Positions 16,218 to 24,757 of a stretch of DNA of 25,519 nt are shown here, piece after piece. A program made the translations under genes and the position numbers. The DNA lies in assembly GCA_045863855.1 (NCBI GenBank), contig BTVV01000089.1, positions 1 through 25,519 of the forward strand. The letters are read 5' to 3'. The stretch comes from Planctomycetota bacterium. Its GTDB lineage: Bacteria > Planctomycetota > SZUA-567 > H5-PLA8. Position 1 is the first letter of the stretch. Each line of letters begins with the position of its first letter. Below the pieces are notes generated by a model. The model did not search any database. It had not been told where the DNA came from and was given only the letters and a program-made list of their open reading frames with translations.

Positions 16218-18618
16218 ACGGTTTCTGGATGAAATGCACCGTCCCGTCCAGCGTCCCGCTCCGCGTCAGCGCCAGATCGGTATAGCCCGACATCAGGATC
16301 GCCTTCAGGCCCGGACGCAGTCTGCGAATCTCTTGCACCAGCGCGGGCCCGTTCATCTCCGGCATCACCACGTCCGTAATCGCCAGATCCACCTTGCGCG
16401 CCGGATCCCGCACCAGCGCCAATGCTTCCGACGGGCGCGTGGCGAGCAATACCTGGTAGCGGAACGACGTCAGGATATCCCGCAACAAGTGGCCCAACTC
16501 GACCTCATCTTCCACCACCAGCACCGTCTCGTGGCCGTGAGGCGCGGACATCCCGTCCGATCGCGTCGGACGGACTTCGGTGCCCCGAACCACCGGTAAA
16601 TAAATCTTGAAGACGCTTCCCGATCCCAGTTCGCTGTACACTTCCAGCATCCCGCCGCTCTGCTTCACGATGCCGAAGACCGTGGCCAGCCCCAAACCCG
16701 TGCCCTTGCCCTGCTCTTTCGTCGTGAAAAAGGGCTCGAAAATTCGGCGCTTCGTCTCCTCCGACATGCCCTCCCCGGTATCGCTCACGCAAATCTGCGT
16801 ATACGTGCCCGGCGCGGCGTCCAAATGCTGACGAATGTACTTCTCGTCCAGTTCGACCCGCGCCGTCTCGACCGTCAGCTTCCCCCCCTCCGGCATCGCA
16901 TCGCGCGCGTTGACCACCAGGTTCAGCAGCACCTGCTCCAATTGCCCGGGGTCGATCTTCACCGTGCCCACATTCCCGCTCAACCGGCTCTGGTACTCGA
17001 TATCTTCCCGCAGCAGCCGCTTCAGCATCGACTCCATCTCGGCGATCAGGACGTTCACGTTCACGATGCGCGGCTCGAGCATCTGCTTGCGGCTGAAAGC
17101 GAGCAACTGCTTCGTCAGCGCCGCCGCGCGCTGCCCCGTCTTCAATATCTGCGCCACCTCGTCCCGGATCGGATCGGCCGCCGGCAGCTTGTTCAAAACC
17201 AGCATGCTGCGCCCGTTGATCACCGTCAGCAGGTTGTTGAAGTCGTGCGCGATGCCTCCCGCCAATTGCCCGATCCCTTCGAGCTTCTGCGCTTGCCTCA
17301 ACTGCTGTTCCATCTGCCGGCTCGATGTCACATCCGCCGCGATGCCCACGATCCGGAATACCTCGCCCCGCTCGTTGCGCAGCGGAAAAGACCGGTCGCG
17401 AATCCAGCGCTCCTGCCCGCCCCGGCCGGCGATCCGGTACGTCTCGTCGTAGCTTTCGGCTGTTTGCTGGAGCAGCGCAATGCGCACCCGCTCCCGGTCC
17501 TCGCGATGCACCGCGTCCAGCCAAAGCTCGGGCGACGCGTACAGATCCTCGCACGAGCGGCCCCAGATCGCCTCGAACGCCGGACTGGCGTACACCAGAC
17601 GTTCCTCGCCCGGAAGCCGGATCCAGAACACCTGGTCGATGTTCTCGGCCAACTGACGGAAGCGCTCCTGGCTGTCCCGCAGTTCGATTTCCATCCGTGC
17701 GCGCTGCGCTTCACGCGCCGAAACCTCCAGCGCGAAACCGATGTCCATCGCCAGCTCGTCCAAAAGCCGCTGTTCCGTCTCGTCGAAAAATCCCCGCTCA
17801 TCGACGTACAAATTGAACGTGCCCACGATCCGGCCTTCCGACTTCAACGGAAACGCCGCCATCGCGAGGTATTGGCGCTCCAGGGCCGCCTCGCGCCACT
17901 TCTCGGAAAGCGGATCGCAGGCGATGTCGTTGCAGATTCCGTGCGTCCCTTGCTTCAACGCGCGCTGCGTGAACGCGCAGCCCGCCGGAGGCTCGGATTG
18001 AATCAGGGACTTGAGCAATCCCAGCGTCACGGAGTCGGCGCCCGCGTGCGCACGCACCCCCAGCTTCCCTGTCCGCGTGTCGAACAGACCGATCCACGCC
18101 ATCCGGAAGCCGCCGGATTCCACCGCGATCCGGCACGCCGCCCCGAGCATCCGATCCGAGTCCTTTTCGCGCACGATCGTGTGGTTGATCTCGCTCAAAA
18201 CGGCGTACACACGGTTCAAATAACGATTGCGCAGCTCCGCCTTCTTCCGTTCCGTGATATCGATCGAAAAAACGAATATGCCTTCGGGCACCGCCTGGCC
18301 GCGTACGTCGAACCAGCCGCGGAAGCCATCCGGAAACTGGAATTCCACTTCCATATGCAGCGCGATCCGCTCGTCCATACAGCGGCGCAGCATCGCGAAA
18401 ACCGGCAACCCGTCGATGCCCGGCCACGCATCCTGCATGCGCAAGCCCAGCAATTCCGAGTTCGGGCGGCGATTGTGCTTCGCCGCGGTTTCATTGAGGT
18501 AAAGATAGCGCCAGTCGAACCCGATGAGCTGGCAGCCTTCCATGATATAGCCGAAGGTCACGCGGTAGCGCGCCAAGGCCGCCTCGAGACCGCCTTCTTC
18601 CGACGCGCCGTTTGCCAT
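16144..18618 (-). CDS. Cytoplasmic hybrid sensor histidine kinase/response regulator (PAS-GAF-PAS/PAC-HisKA-HATPase-REC; CckA-like C-terminus)
   Basis: H box GGIAHDFNNLL, QVLLNLVVNARDAM, DTGEGM, FEPFFTTK, GTGLGL and receiver ITDVVMPEMNG..QKPF. No TM segment. Confidence 0.95.
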   Translation of the reverse strand: MANGASEEGGLEAALARYRVTFGYIMEGCQLIGFDWRYLYLNETAAKHNRRPNSELLGLRMQDAWPGIDGLPVFAMLRRCMDERIALHMEVEFQFPDGFRGWFDVRGQAVPEGIFVFSIDITERKKAELRNRYLNRVYAVLSEINHTIVREKDSDRMLGAACRIAVESGGFRMAWIGLFDTRTGKLGVRAHAGADSVTLGLLKSLIQSEPPAGCAFTQRALKQGTHGICNDIACDPLSEKWREAALERQYLAMAAFPLKSEGRIVGTFNLYVDERGFFDETEQRLLDELAMDIGFALEVSAREAQRARMEIELRDSQERFRQLAENIDQVFWIRLPGEERLVYASPAFEAIWGRSCEDLYASPELWLDAVHREDRERVRIALLQQTAESYDETYRIAGRGGQERWIRDRSFPLRNERGEVFRIVGIAADVTSSRQMEQQLRQAQKLEGIGQLAGGIAHDFNNLLTVINGRSMLVLNKLPAADPIRDEVAQILKTGQRAAALTKQLLAFSRKQMLEPRIVNVNVLIAEMESMLKRLLREDIEYQSRLSGNVGTVKIDPGQLEQVLLNLVVNARDAMPEGGKLTVETARVELDEKYIRQHLDAAPGTYTQICVSDTGEGMSEETKRRIFEPFFTTKEQGKGTGLGLATVFGIVKQSGGMLEVYSELGSGSVFKIYLPVVRGTEVRPTRSDGMSAPHGHETVLVVEDEVELGHLLRDILTSFRYQVLLATRPSEALALVRDPARKVDLAITDVVMPEMNGPALVQEIRRLRPGLKAILMSGYTDLALTRSGTLDGTVHFIQKPFMPDLIARKVREVLDQTEDPAPVV

Positions 18619-18673
18619 GGTTTTCGGTATACGCCGCCCCCGGCAGAACGCCCGACTGCGAAGTCAATCCCCG

Positions 18674-20488
18674 CTACTCGTCTTCGCGCGTGTCCAGCAC
18701 CGCAAGGAAAGCCTCCTGCGGAACTTCCACCGCGCCGATATTCTTGCTGCGCATCTTCTTCTTGCCTTCCTTCTGCTTCTCCAGCAGCTTGCGCTTGCGC
18801 GTGATATCGCCGCCGTAGCACTTGCTCGTCACGTCCTTCGCCAGCGCCGAAATATTCTCGCGCGCCACGATCTTCCCGCCGATCGCCGCCTGCAGCGCGA
18901 TCACGAACAGATGCCGCGGGATCTGCTTGCGCAGACGCACCAGCATCCGGCGCCCTCGCGCTTCCGAATTCGACCGGTGGCAGATCACCGATAGCGCGTC
19001 CACCGGCGTCCCGTGCACCAGAATGTCCACCTTCACCAGATCCGCTTCCACGAAGCCCGTCACGTGATAGTCCATCGTCCCGTACCCGCGCGTCGCCGAC
19101 TTCAGCCGGTCGTAGAAATCGAAGACGATCTCCGCCAGCGGTATGTCGTAGTGCAGCATGCAGCGCTTGCTGCCCAGGTACTCCTGCTTGATGAACTTCG
19201 CGCGACGGTCCTCGCACAACGTCATCAGCGGACCGATGAACTCCCCCGGCACGATGAACTCCACCCGCGCGATCGGCTCCCGGAACTCCTTGATCCGCGA
19301 CGGATCCGGAACCTGCGTCGGGTTGGTCACCGTCACCACCGTACCGTCGTTGCATTGCACTTCATACGTCACGTTCGGAGCCGTCTGCACCAGCTCGATG
19401 TTGAACTCGCGCTCCAACCGCTCCTGCACGATCTGCATGTGCAAGAGGCCCAGGAAGCCGCAGCGGAACCCGAAGCCCAGCGCCGCCGAATTCTCCGCCT
19501 GGAAGCGCAGCGCGCTGTCGTTCAGGACCAGCTTCTCCAGCGCGTTCTTCAGCGACTCGAAAGCCCCGTTGTTGGCCGGAAAAATACCGCAGAAAACCAT
19601 CGGCTGCGGCTCGCGGTAGCCCGGCAGCGGCTGCGTCTGCCCGCGAGGCACCAGACCCGATTCGATCGTGTCGCCCACCTTGACCTGGTGGATATCCTTG
19701 ATCGTCGCCGTCATGAAGCCGACTTCGCCCGCCGTCAGCGACGCCACCTGCACCGGCCGCGGCGTGAACTGTCCCACCTCCGCGACTTCGAAGGACGAAT
19801 TCAGGTGGTGCATGCGGATCTTGTCGCCCTTCTTCAGCTTCCCGTCCACGACCCGGATGTACGTGATCACGCCCTTGTAGTCGTCGTACTTGCAGTCGAA
19901 GATCAGCGCGCGCAGCGGCTTCTCGGCATCGCCTTGCGGCGGGCGCAGCCGCGTCACCACCGCGTCCAGAATCTCTTCCACGCCCAGCCCCGTCTTGCCC
20001 GAAGCCATCAGGCACTCTTCCTGAGCGATCCCCAGAACCTGCTCGATCTCTTCCGCCGTCTCGTTGATCTGCGCGCTGGCCAGGTCCACCTTGTTCAGCA
20101 CCGGAACGATGTCCAGTTCGCCGTTCACCGCCAGCAGCGCGTTCGCCACCGTCTGCGCCTGCACGCCTTGCGTGGCGTCGACCAGCAGCAGCGCGCCTTC
20201 GCACGCCGCAAGGCTGCGCGATACCTCGTAGTTGAAATCCACGTGCCCCGGCGTGTCGATCAGGTTGAGCTGGTACTCCTGGCCGTCGGTATGCGTGTAC
20301 TTCACCGTCACCGCGCTGAGCTTGATCGTGATCCCGCGCTCGCGCTCCAGATCCATGTCGTCCAGCAACTGCTCGCGGAACTCGCGCTCCGTGATCGCGC
20401 CGCAGCGCAGCAGCAGCCGGTCGGCCAGCGTCGACTTGCCATGGTCGATGTGAGCGATGATGCAGAAGTTACGCGTAAACTGGCTCAT
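18674..20488 (-). CDS. lepA: Translation elongation factor 4 (LepA)
   Basis: RNFCIIAHIDHGKSTLADR, ERERGITIK, DTPGHVDF, NKVD, GFRCGFLGLLH and KCYGGDITRKRKLLEKQKEGKK. Confidence 0.98.
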   Translation of the reverse strand: MSQFTRNFCIIAHIDHGKSTLADRLLLRCGAITEREFREQLLDDMDLERERGITIKLSAVTVKYTHTDGQEYQLNLIDTPGHVDFNYEVSRSLAACEGALLLVDATQGVQAQTVANALLAVNGELDIVPVLNKVDLASAQINETAEEIEQVLGIAQEECLMASGKTGLGVEEILDAVVTRLRPPQGDAEKPLRALIFDCKYDDYKGVITYIRVVDGKLKKGDKIRMHHLNSSFEVAEVGQFTPRPVQVASLTAGEVGFMTATIKDIHQVKVGDTIESGLVPRGQTQPLPGYREPQPMVFCGIFPANNGAFESLKNALEKLVLNDSALRFQAENSAALGFGFRCGFLGLLHMQIVQERLEREFNIELVQTAPNVTYEVQCNDGTVVTVTNPTQVPDPSRIKEFREPIARVEFIVPGEFIGPLMTLCEDRRAKFIKQEYLGSKRCMLHYDIPLAEIVFDFYDRLKSATRGYGTMDYHVTGFVEADLVKVDILVHGTPVDALSVICHRSNSEARGRRMLVRLRKQIPRHLFVIALQAAIGGKIVARENISALAKDVTSKCYGGDITRKRKLLEKQKEGKKKMRSKNIGAVEVPQEAFLAVLDTREDE

Positions 20489-20577
20489 GAACGCACGCAC
20501 GTCCCAAAATGAACGAGGGGCGGGCCTTGCCCCGCCCCAAACCCGCCGCAAGGCCGGATGGCCACGGCGGTGCGCAC

Positions 20578-20606
20578 AGCTTAGCGCATCCGCCCCCGGA
20601 TTCCAA
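20578..20606 (-). promoter_or_regulatory. Putative sigma70-type promoter for lepA
   Basis: Minus strand TTGGAA-N17-TAAGCT about 90 nt upstream of the lepA ATG. Confidence 0.45.
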
Positions 20607-20617
20607 GCCGGACACGT

Positions 20618-21658
20618 TTATCGCCCTGCACGCAGCAGCCCCTCCATGGCCGGCCACGCCAATTCGGCATAAAACCGGTGCCCATCGGGGCCTACCACCA
20701 GCTTGACCTTCCGCTCCGCGCCCAGCGCCTTCCAGATCCGCTTCGCGTCCCGAAACGCCTTCCGCACCGCCGGCAGCGGCGAGATCGGATCCACCGCGCC
20801 CGCCACCACCACGCACGGCCGCGGAGCGATCAGCCCCAGCACGTCCGCGTATTCGGCCCACTCCAGCACCCCGGGAATGTAACTGCACGCGCAATGATGA
20901 ATCGCAAGCCACGCCTCGCGGTACGTGCAAAAACTGCACGAAGGCATCGCGTGCGTGATCCGCGGCAGCACCGCCGCCGCGCAGATGCTCGCCGTCCCGC
21001 CGCCCGAATTGCCCATCACGCCCACGCGCGAACGGTCCACGTCGCCGCGCGTCCACAGGTAGTCCAGCCCGCGTTCGATGTCGTACACACGCTCCCCCAG
21101 CAGCGTCCGCCCCAGCATCGCCGACGACATCGCCGCTTGATGGCACGTCTGCTTCACCGGCGACGCCAGCGCGCGCTCGGCGCGCTCCCCGAAGCCGCGC
21201 TGCTCGATGCACAGCGCCGCGAAGCCCCGCTTCAGGCAGCCCAGCGCAAAGTCGCGGTCGCCTTCCGGAGCGAACGGCTTGGATTCGTCCTCCCGGTCCA
21301 CGCCGATGCTGAGGTGCATCCCCGTCGTGTGCCCTTGCAGGCAGACGAACCACGCGTACGGAGGCTGCGCGTTACGCGGCAGGCAAACGTACGCCGGCAC
21401 GTCCGCTCCCGGCTCGCTGCGGTAGACGATCTTCTCGATCCGCCCCAATTCGTGCTCGCGCGTCCAGAGCGTCCGCGGCGCCAGCGGAGGCTTTGGCCCT
21501 TCGGGTAGTTTCAGCAGCGCGCGGAATTTCTGGCGCAGCCTGGCCTGCCAGCGCTTCGCGTCGCCACCGCGATACCCCAGCTTCGGCGGGTGCGCATCCA
21601 GCCATTGAAGGTGGTACTGCGACGGAGAAAACGCCGGCGCGCGGTGGCGTGTGGGCAT
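20618..21658 (-). CDS. Alpha/beta hydrolase (Abhydrolase_7 / acetyl-esterase-like)
   Basis: VPAYVCLP, CLQGH, EQRGFGER, GVMGNSGGG (Ser elbow), APRP..GAVD and GHRFY. SD AAGGAG. Confidence 0.88.
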   Translation of the reverse strand: MPTRHRAPAFSPSQYHLQWLDAHPPKLGYRGGDAKRWQARLRQKFRALLKLPEGPKPPLAPRTLWTREHELGRIEKIVYRSEPGADVPAYVCLPRNAQPPYAWFVCLQGHTTGMHLSIGVDREDESKPFAPEGDRDFALGCLKRGFAALCIEQRGFGERAERALASPVKQTCHQAAMSSAMLGRTLLGERVYDIERGLDYLWTRGDVDRSRVGVMGNSGGGTASICAAAVLPRITHAMPSCSFCTYREAWLAIHHCACSYIPGVLEWAEYADVLGLIAPRPCVVVAGAVDPISPLPAVRKAFRDAKRIWKALGAERKVKLVVGPDGHRFYAELAWPAMEGLLRAGR

Positions 21659-21663
21659 GAGCG

Positions 21664-22209
21664 TTACGCTCCTTCCGGTTTCTGAGCGGCCTCTTCCCGG
21701 CTCCAGACGTGATCCACGTAGCGCACGTGCTGCTCCGCCATCCACGGCGGCAACCCGTTCCATGCCTGAGCCGCCCGCAAGAACTGCACTTCCAGCGTGA
21801 ACCCGCCGCGAATGTTCCCGTCCGGCAATTCGACCTGCCAGTCCTCCAGCGCCGCCCTCGGCACCGCGTACGGCGCCGGTTCTGCCGCGCCCGCCGCCAT
21901 CGGCGCAACCGGCGCGCAAACCTTCATCTCGTCCTCGCCCAGTTCCACCAGCCGCACCCAGACGAATCGCTCGTCCGCCTGCGCATCGGACGCCGCGATC
22001 CGCACGAACGTATCGCGCGGCCGCTGATAAAAGAGCGCCTCGAACTCCGCGCGTGACGCTCGCGCACGCTCGAACGCCTGCGGCAACAGAGGATCGTCCG
22101 GATCCATGCGCCATTCCGGCGCCCGACGAGCTTCCTCGCGCGCGCGCAGGAAGTACCGCGCCAGCACCCAGAACAACGCCGCGCCGAAAAGAGGTAACCA
22201 CCAGGACAT
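21664..22209 (-). CDS. DUF2314 (YegJ-like) domain protein with N-terminal TM helix
   Basis: AFERARAS..F, E..VW and EDWQ..DG..RGGFT, which are typical of DUF2314. Hydrophobic N-terminus. Confidence 0.7.
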   Translation of the reverse strand: MSWWLPLFGAALFWVLARYFLRAREEARRAPEWRMDPDDPLLPQAFERARASRAEFEALFYQRPRDTFVRIAASDAQADERFVWVRLVELGEDEMKVCAPVAPMAAGAAEPAPYAVPRAALEDWQVELPDGNIRGGFTLEVQFLRAAQAWNGLPPWMAEQHVRYVDHVWSREEAAQKPEGA

Positions 22210-22239
22210 ACGGGGAGAATAACCGATCGGACCGCGAAC

Positions 22240-22325
22240 TTAAGGGCCTGTTGAAGAAGCCGTTGATCTTTTCCCCGCTCCCGCCGGGAGACCGTAGGGT
22301 GAGGCAGATTTCAGCAGGTACTTTA
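22240..22325. repeat. Small MITE/REP-like element
   Basis: Inverted termini CCTGTTGAA (22247-22255) and TTCAGCAGG (22310-22318), 8/9 complementary, enclosing a CTCCC-gcc-GGGAG..AGGGTGAGG core. Confidence 0.5.
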
Positions 22326-22745
22326 ACGCGCGAAGACGCCGCCCCACTCCGCCGCGAAGCCTTCGAAGTGCGCGCTCGTCAGCGTGTCCATCGCGCCCAG
22401 CGTCTTCGCCGCGCGTTCCGCGTCTTCTTGCAACCGGAAGACCTGCAGCACATCGGCGTCCGGGCCCACGATCCAGTACTCGATCACGCCGTGGCGCGCA
22501 TGGAGCGTCCGCTTTGCCTCGCGGTCCAGTTCGCCGCTGGACGGCGAAAGAATTTCGACGCACAGATCCGGGCCGCCGGAGACGCCCTCCTCGCGCACGA
22601 CTCCCGCGCGCGCCGGCGATACGTACAGCAGGTTGGACTGCACGACATCCTCATCGTTGAAGACGACATCGAACGGCGCCAGGAACAACCGACCGCGCCC
22701 TTTTCAATTCACATGGTTCGCCAAGAGTACGTGCAAGCGTCCCAG
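22323..22745 (-). pseudogene. Uma2 (DUF820) family endonuclease-like pseudogene
   Basis: APFDVVF..VVQSNLLYV..GGPDLCVEILSPS..K..GVIEYWIV. Family-like sequence continues upstream through an in-frame TGA at 22704-22706 (GRLHVLLANHVN*KGRG). The N-terminal part is missing and the usual QPD reads QSN. Confidence 0.8.
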
Positions 22746-22793
22746 CTCAGGCAAGAGGACCGACCATTCCACCCGTTCAAACGGGACGGGCCG

Positions 22794-23756
22794 CTACAGC
22801 TTCCCGTCCAGCCGCAGCAGCGCCAGGCCCGCGACGCCCGTCATCCCCGCGTCGTCGCCCAGCTTCGCCTGATGCAGCTTCAAGCGCGCGCCCGCCGGAC
22901 CCAGCGCGCGACGCTTCATTTCCTTCTGCATCGCCGGCGCGAAGAGCTTCCACGACGCCGCGAGCCCCCCGCCGATCACCCCCGCCTCCGGATTCAGCAC
23001 GTTGGCGAACGACGCGCACGCGATGCCCAGATGCCGCCCCAGGCGCTCGAACAACTCCAGTGCGACTTTGTCGCCCGCCTCCGCGCACTCCGCGACCGTC
23101 TGCCCGTTCACCTCGTCTTCGGCCAGCTTTGCCAGCTTCGATTTCGGATGCTCCTTCGCCGCCGCCTTCGCGTCACGGATCAACGCCGTCGCCGAACACA
23201 GCGCTTCCAGCGAACCCGGATTGTCGAAGACCTGCTTCGGGCCGTCCGGATCCACCACGATATGACCCAAATGCCCCGCGATGTCGTCGATGCCCTTCCA
23301 CAGCTTCCCGCCCAATATCAGCCCGCCGCCCACGCCCGTACCCAGCGTCAGGATGAACATCGTCTGCGTGCCCTTGCCCGCCCCGCGCATGTACTCGCCC
23401 CAGCACGCGCTATTCGCGTCGTTCTCCAGATACGTCGGAATCCCGATCCCGTCCTGCACCAGCTTCGCCAGCGGAACGTTCTTCCAGCCCAGGTTCGGCG
23501 TCTCGACGATGATCCCCGTCTGCGAGTTCAGCGGCCCCGGCGAACCGATCCCCGCGCACGCCACTTCGTCGTGCCGCTTGTTCGCTTCCTTCAGCAGCTT
23601 TTTGGCCATCTCCGCCATCTGCGCGGCCGCCTCTTCCGGCTTCGGTTTCTTGCCCACCGCGTGCTTCGCGCGAGCCAGAATCTTTCCGTCCTCGCTCACC
23701 AGCCCGCAACGAACGTTGGTGCCGCCCAAATCGAACGCGATGACATCTCGGCTCAC
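22794..23756 (-). CDS. ROK family sugar kinase
   Basis: DLGGTN, GIGSPGP, LENDANSACWGE, TLGTGVGGG and GGGL. SD GAGGAG before the GTG. Confidence 0.93.
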   Translation of the reverse strand: MSRDVIAFDLGGTNVRCGLVSEDGKILARAKHAVGKKPKPEEAAAQMAEMAKKLLKEANKRHDEVACAGIGSPGPLNSQTGIIVETPNLGWKNVPLAKLVQDGIGIPTYLENDANSACWGEYMRGAGKGTQTMFILTLGTGVGGGLILGGKLWKGIDDIAGHLGHIVVDPDGPKQVFDNPGSLEALCSATALIRDAKAAAKEHPKSKLAKLAEDEVNGQTVAECAEAGDKVALELFERLGRHLGIACASFANVLNPEAGVIGGGLAASWKLFAPAMQKEMKRRALGPAGARLKLHQAKLGDDAGMTGVAGLALLRLDGKL

Positions 23757-23858
23757 GGGATCTGCTCCTCTTTACGGTTACGTGTGGCGAAGGTTCCGAT
23801 GGAATTGGGAACTCATGCTATAGCGCCTGCGCGCACCCTGCCACCATCCAAAAGCCCG

Positions 23859-24755
23859 TTAATCCGATGCGAGCTTCGGATGAAGAATACGCGACAGCTC
23901 TTCCAACCCATCCACCACGCGCGGGCCTGGACGGCTGAAATGCGCGTTCGCATCGAGCACGTGTACGCGCCCGGCGCGCACCGCGGGCAGTTCCCGCCAG
24001 CCTGGGCGCGCTTCGAGCAACCCCAGCTCCCCGCGTGCTTTCGCTTCGTCGTATCCGCACGGCATCACGAAGATTGCCTCTGGCCGCGCCGCAACCACCG
24101 CGTCCCACTCGATCCGCCGCGAAACCTCGCCGGCCTTCGCCAGCACGTCCACGCCGCCGGCCAGCGCCACCTGCTCCGGCACCCAATGCCCCGCGTAAAA
24201 AATCGGGTCCAGCCATTCCAGGCACGCCACGCGCGGGCGCGCGGCCTCCGGCAATCCCTTCGTCCGAGCCGCCACGCGGTCGATCCGAGCCTGCAAGCCC
24301 GCCGCGATCCGTTCCGCTTCCGCCCCGGCGCCCGCCGCAGCGCCCACGCGCCTCAGATCCTCCAGAATCTCCGCCAGGCACGTGGGGTCCAGCGAGAGCA
24401 CCTCCGGCGACGGACGGAGCGCTTGCACGCTATGCAGCACATGCTCCCGCGGCACCGCGCAGACGTCGCACAGCCCCTGCGTCAGCACCAGCTCCGGGCG
24501 CAGCGCTTCCAAAAGCCCAGGCTTGAAACGGTACACGCCTTCCCCGCGCGCCAGCGTCTCGCGGATCCGCCGGTCGATCTCCCCCGGCGGAAGGTTTTTC
24601 CCTTCGGCGCCCAGGCAGCTCTCGATCACCACCGCCTTCTCGAGTTCGATCCCCGGAGGATAATCGCATTCGTGCGTGATCCCCACGAGCTGCTCGCGCA
24701 AGCCCAGCAGGCAAACGATCTCGGTGGCCGATGGCAGCAGCGATAGAATTCGCAC
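23859..24755 (-). CDS. BtuF/TroA-like 'cobalamin-binding' helical-backbone protein without signal peptide
   Basis: RILSLLPSATEIV..LVGITHECDYP, TQGLCDVC, LEWLDP..GHWVPEQV and FSRPGPRVVDG. GTG start 2 nt after the rdgB stop. Confidence 0.88.
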   Translation of the reverse strand: MRILSLLPSATEIVCLLGLREQLVGITHECDYPPGIELEKAVVIESCLGAEGKNLPPGEIDRRIRETLARGEGVYRFKPGLLEALRPELVLTQGLCDVCAVPREHVLHSVQALRPSPEVLSLDPTCLAEILEDLRRVGAAAGAGAEAERIAAGLQARIDRVAARTKGLPEAARPRVACLEWLDPIFYAGHWVPEQVALAGGVDVLAKAGEVSRRIEWDAVVAARPEAIFVMPCGYDEAKARGELGLLEARPGWRELPAVRAGRVHVLDANAHFSRPGPRVVDGLEELSRILHPKLASD

Positions 24756-24757
24756 GC

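Noticed and set aside
16825..20512. 659-aa and 499-aa plus-strand ORFs
   Set aside because: Antisense to the kinase and lepA.
21659..22201. N-terminal 181 aa of the listed 527-aa hydrolase ORF
   Set aside because: It overlaps the DUF2314 gene in another frame. ATG 21658 has a good SD.
22704..22706. TGA as selenocysteine or recoded codon
   Set aside because: The position is not a Cys/Trp-type site, the gene has other lesions, and TGA is a normal stop elsewhere in the window.
22053..24746. 897-aa plus-strand ORF
   Set aside because: Arg-rich antisense shadow of the ROK, BtuF-like and Uma2 genes, typical of high-GC DNA, with no motifs.
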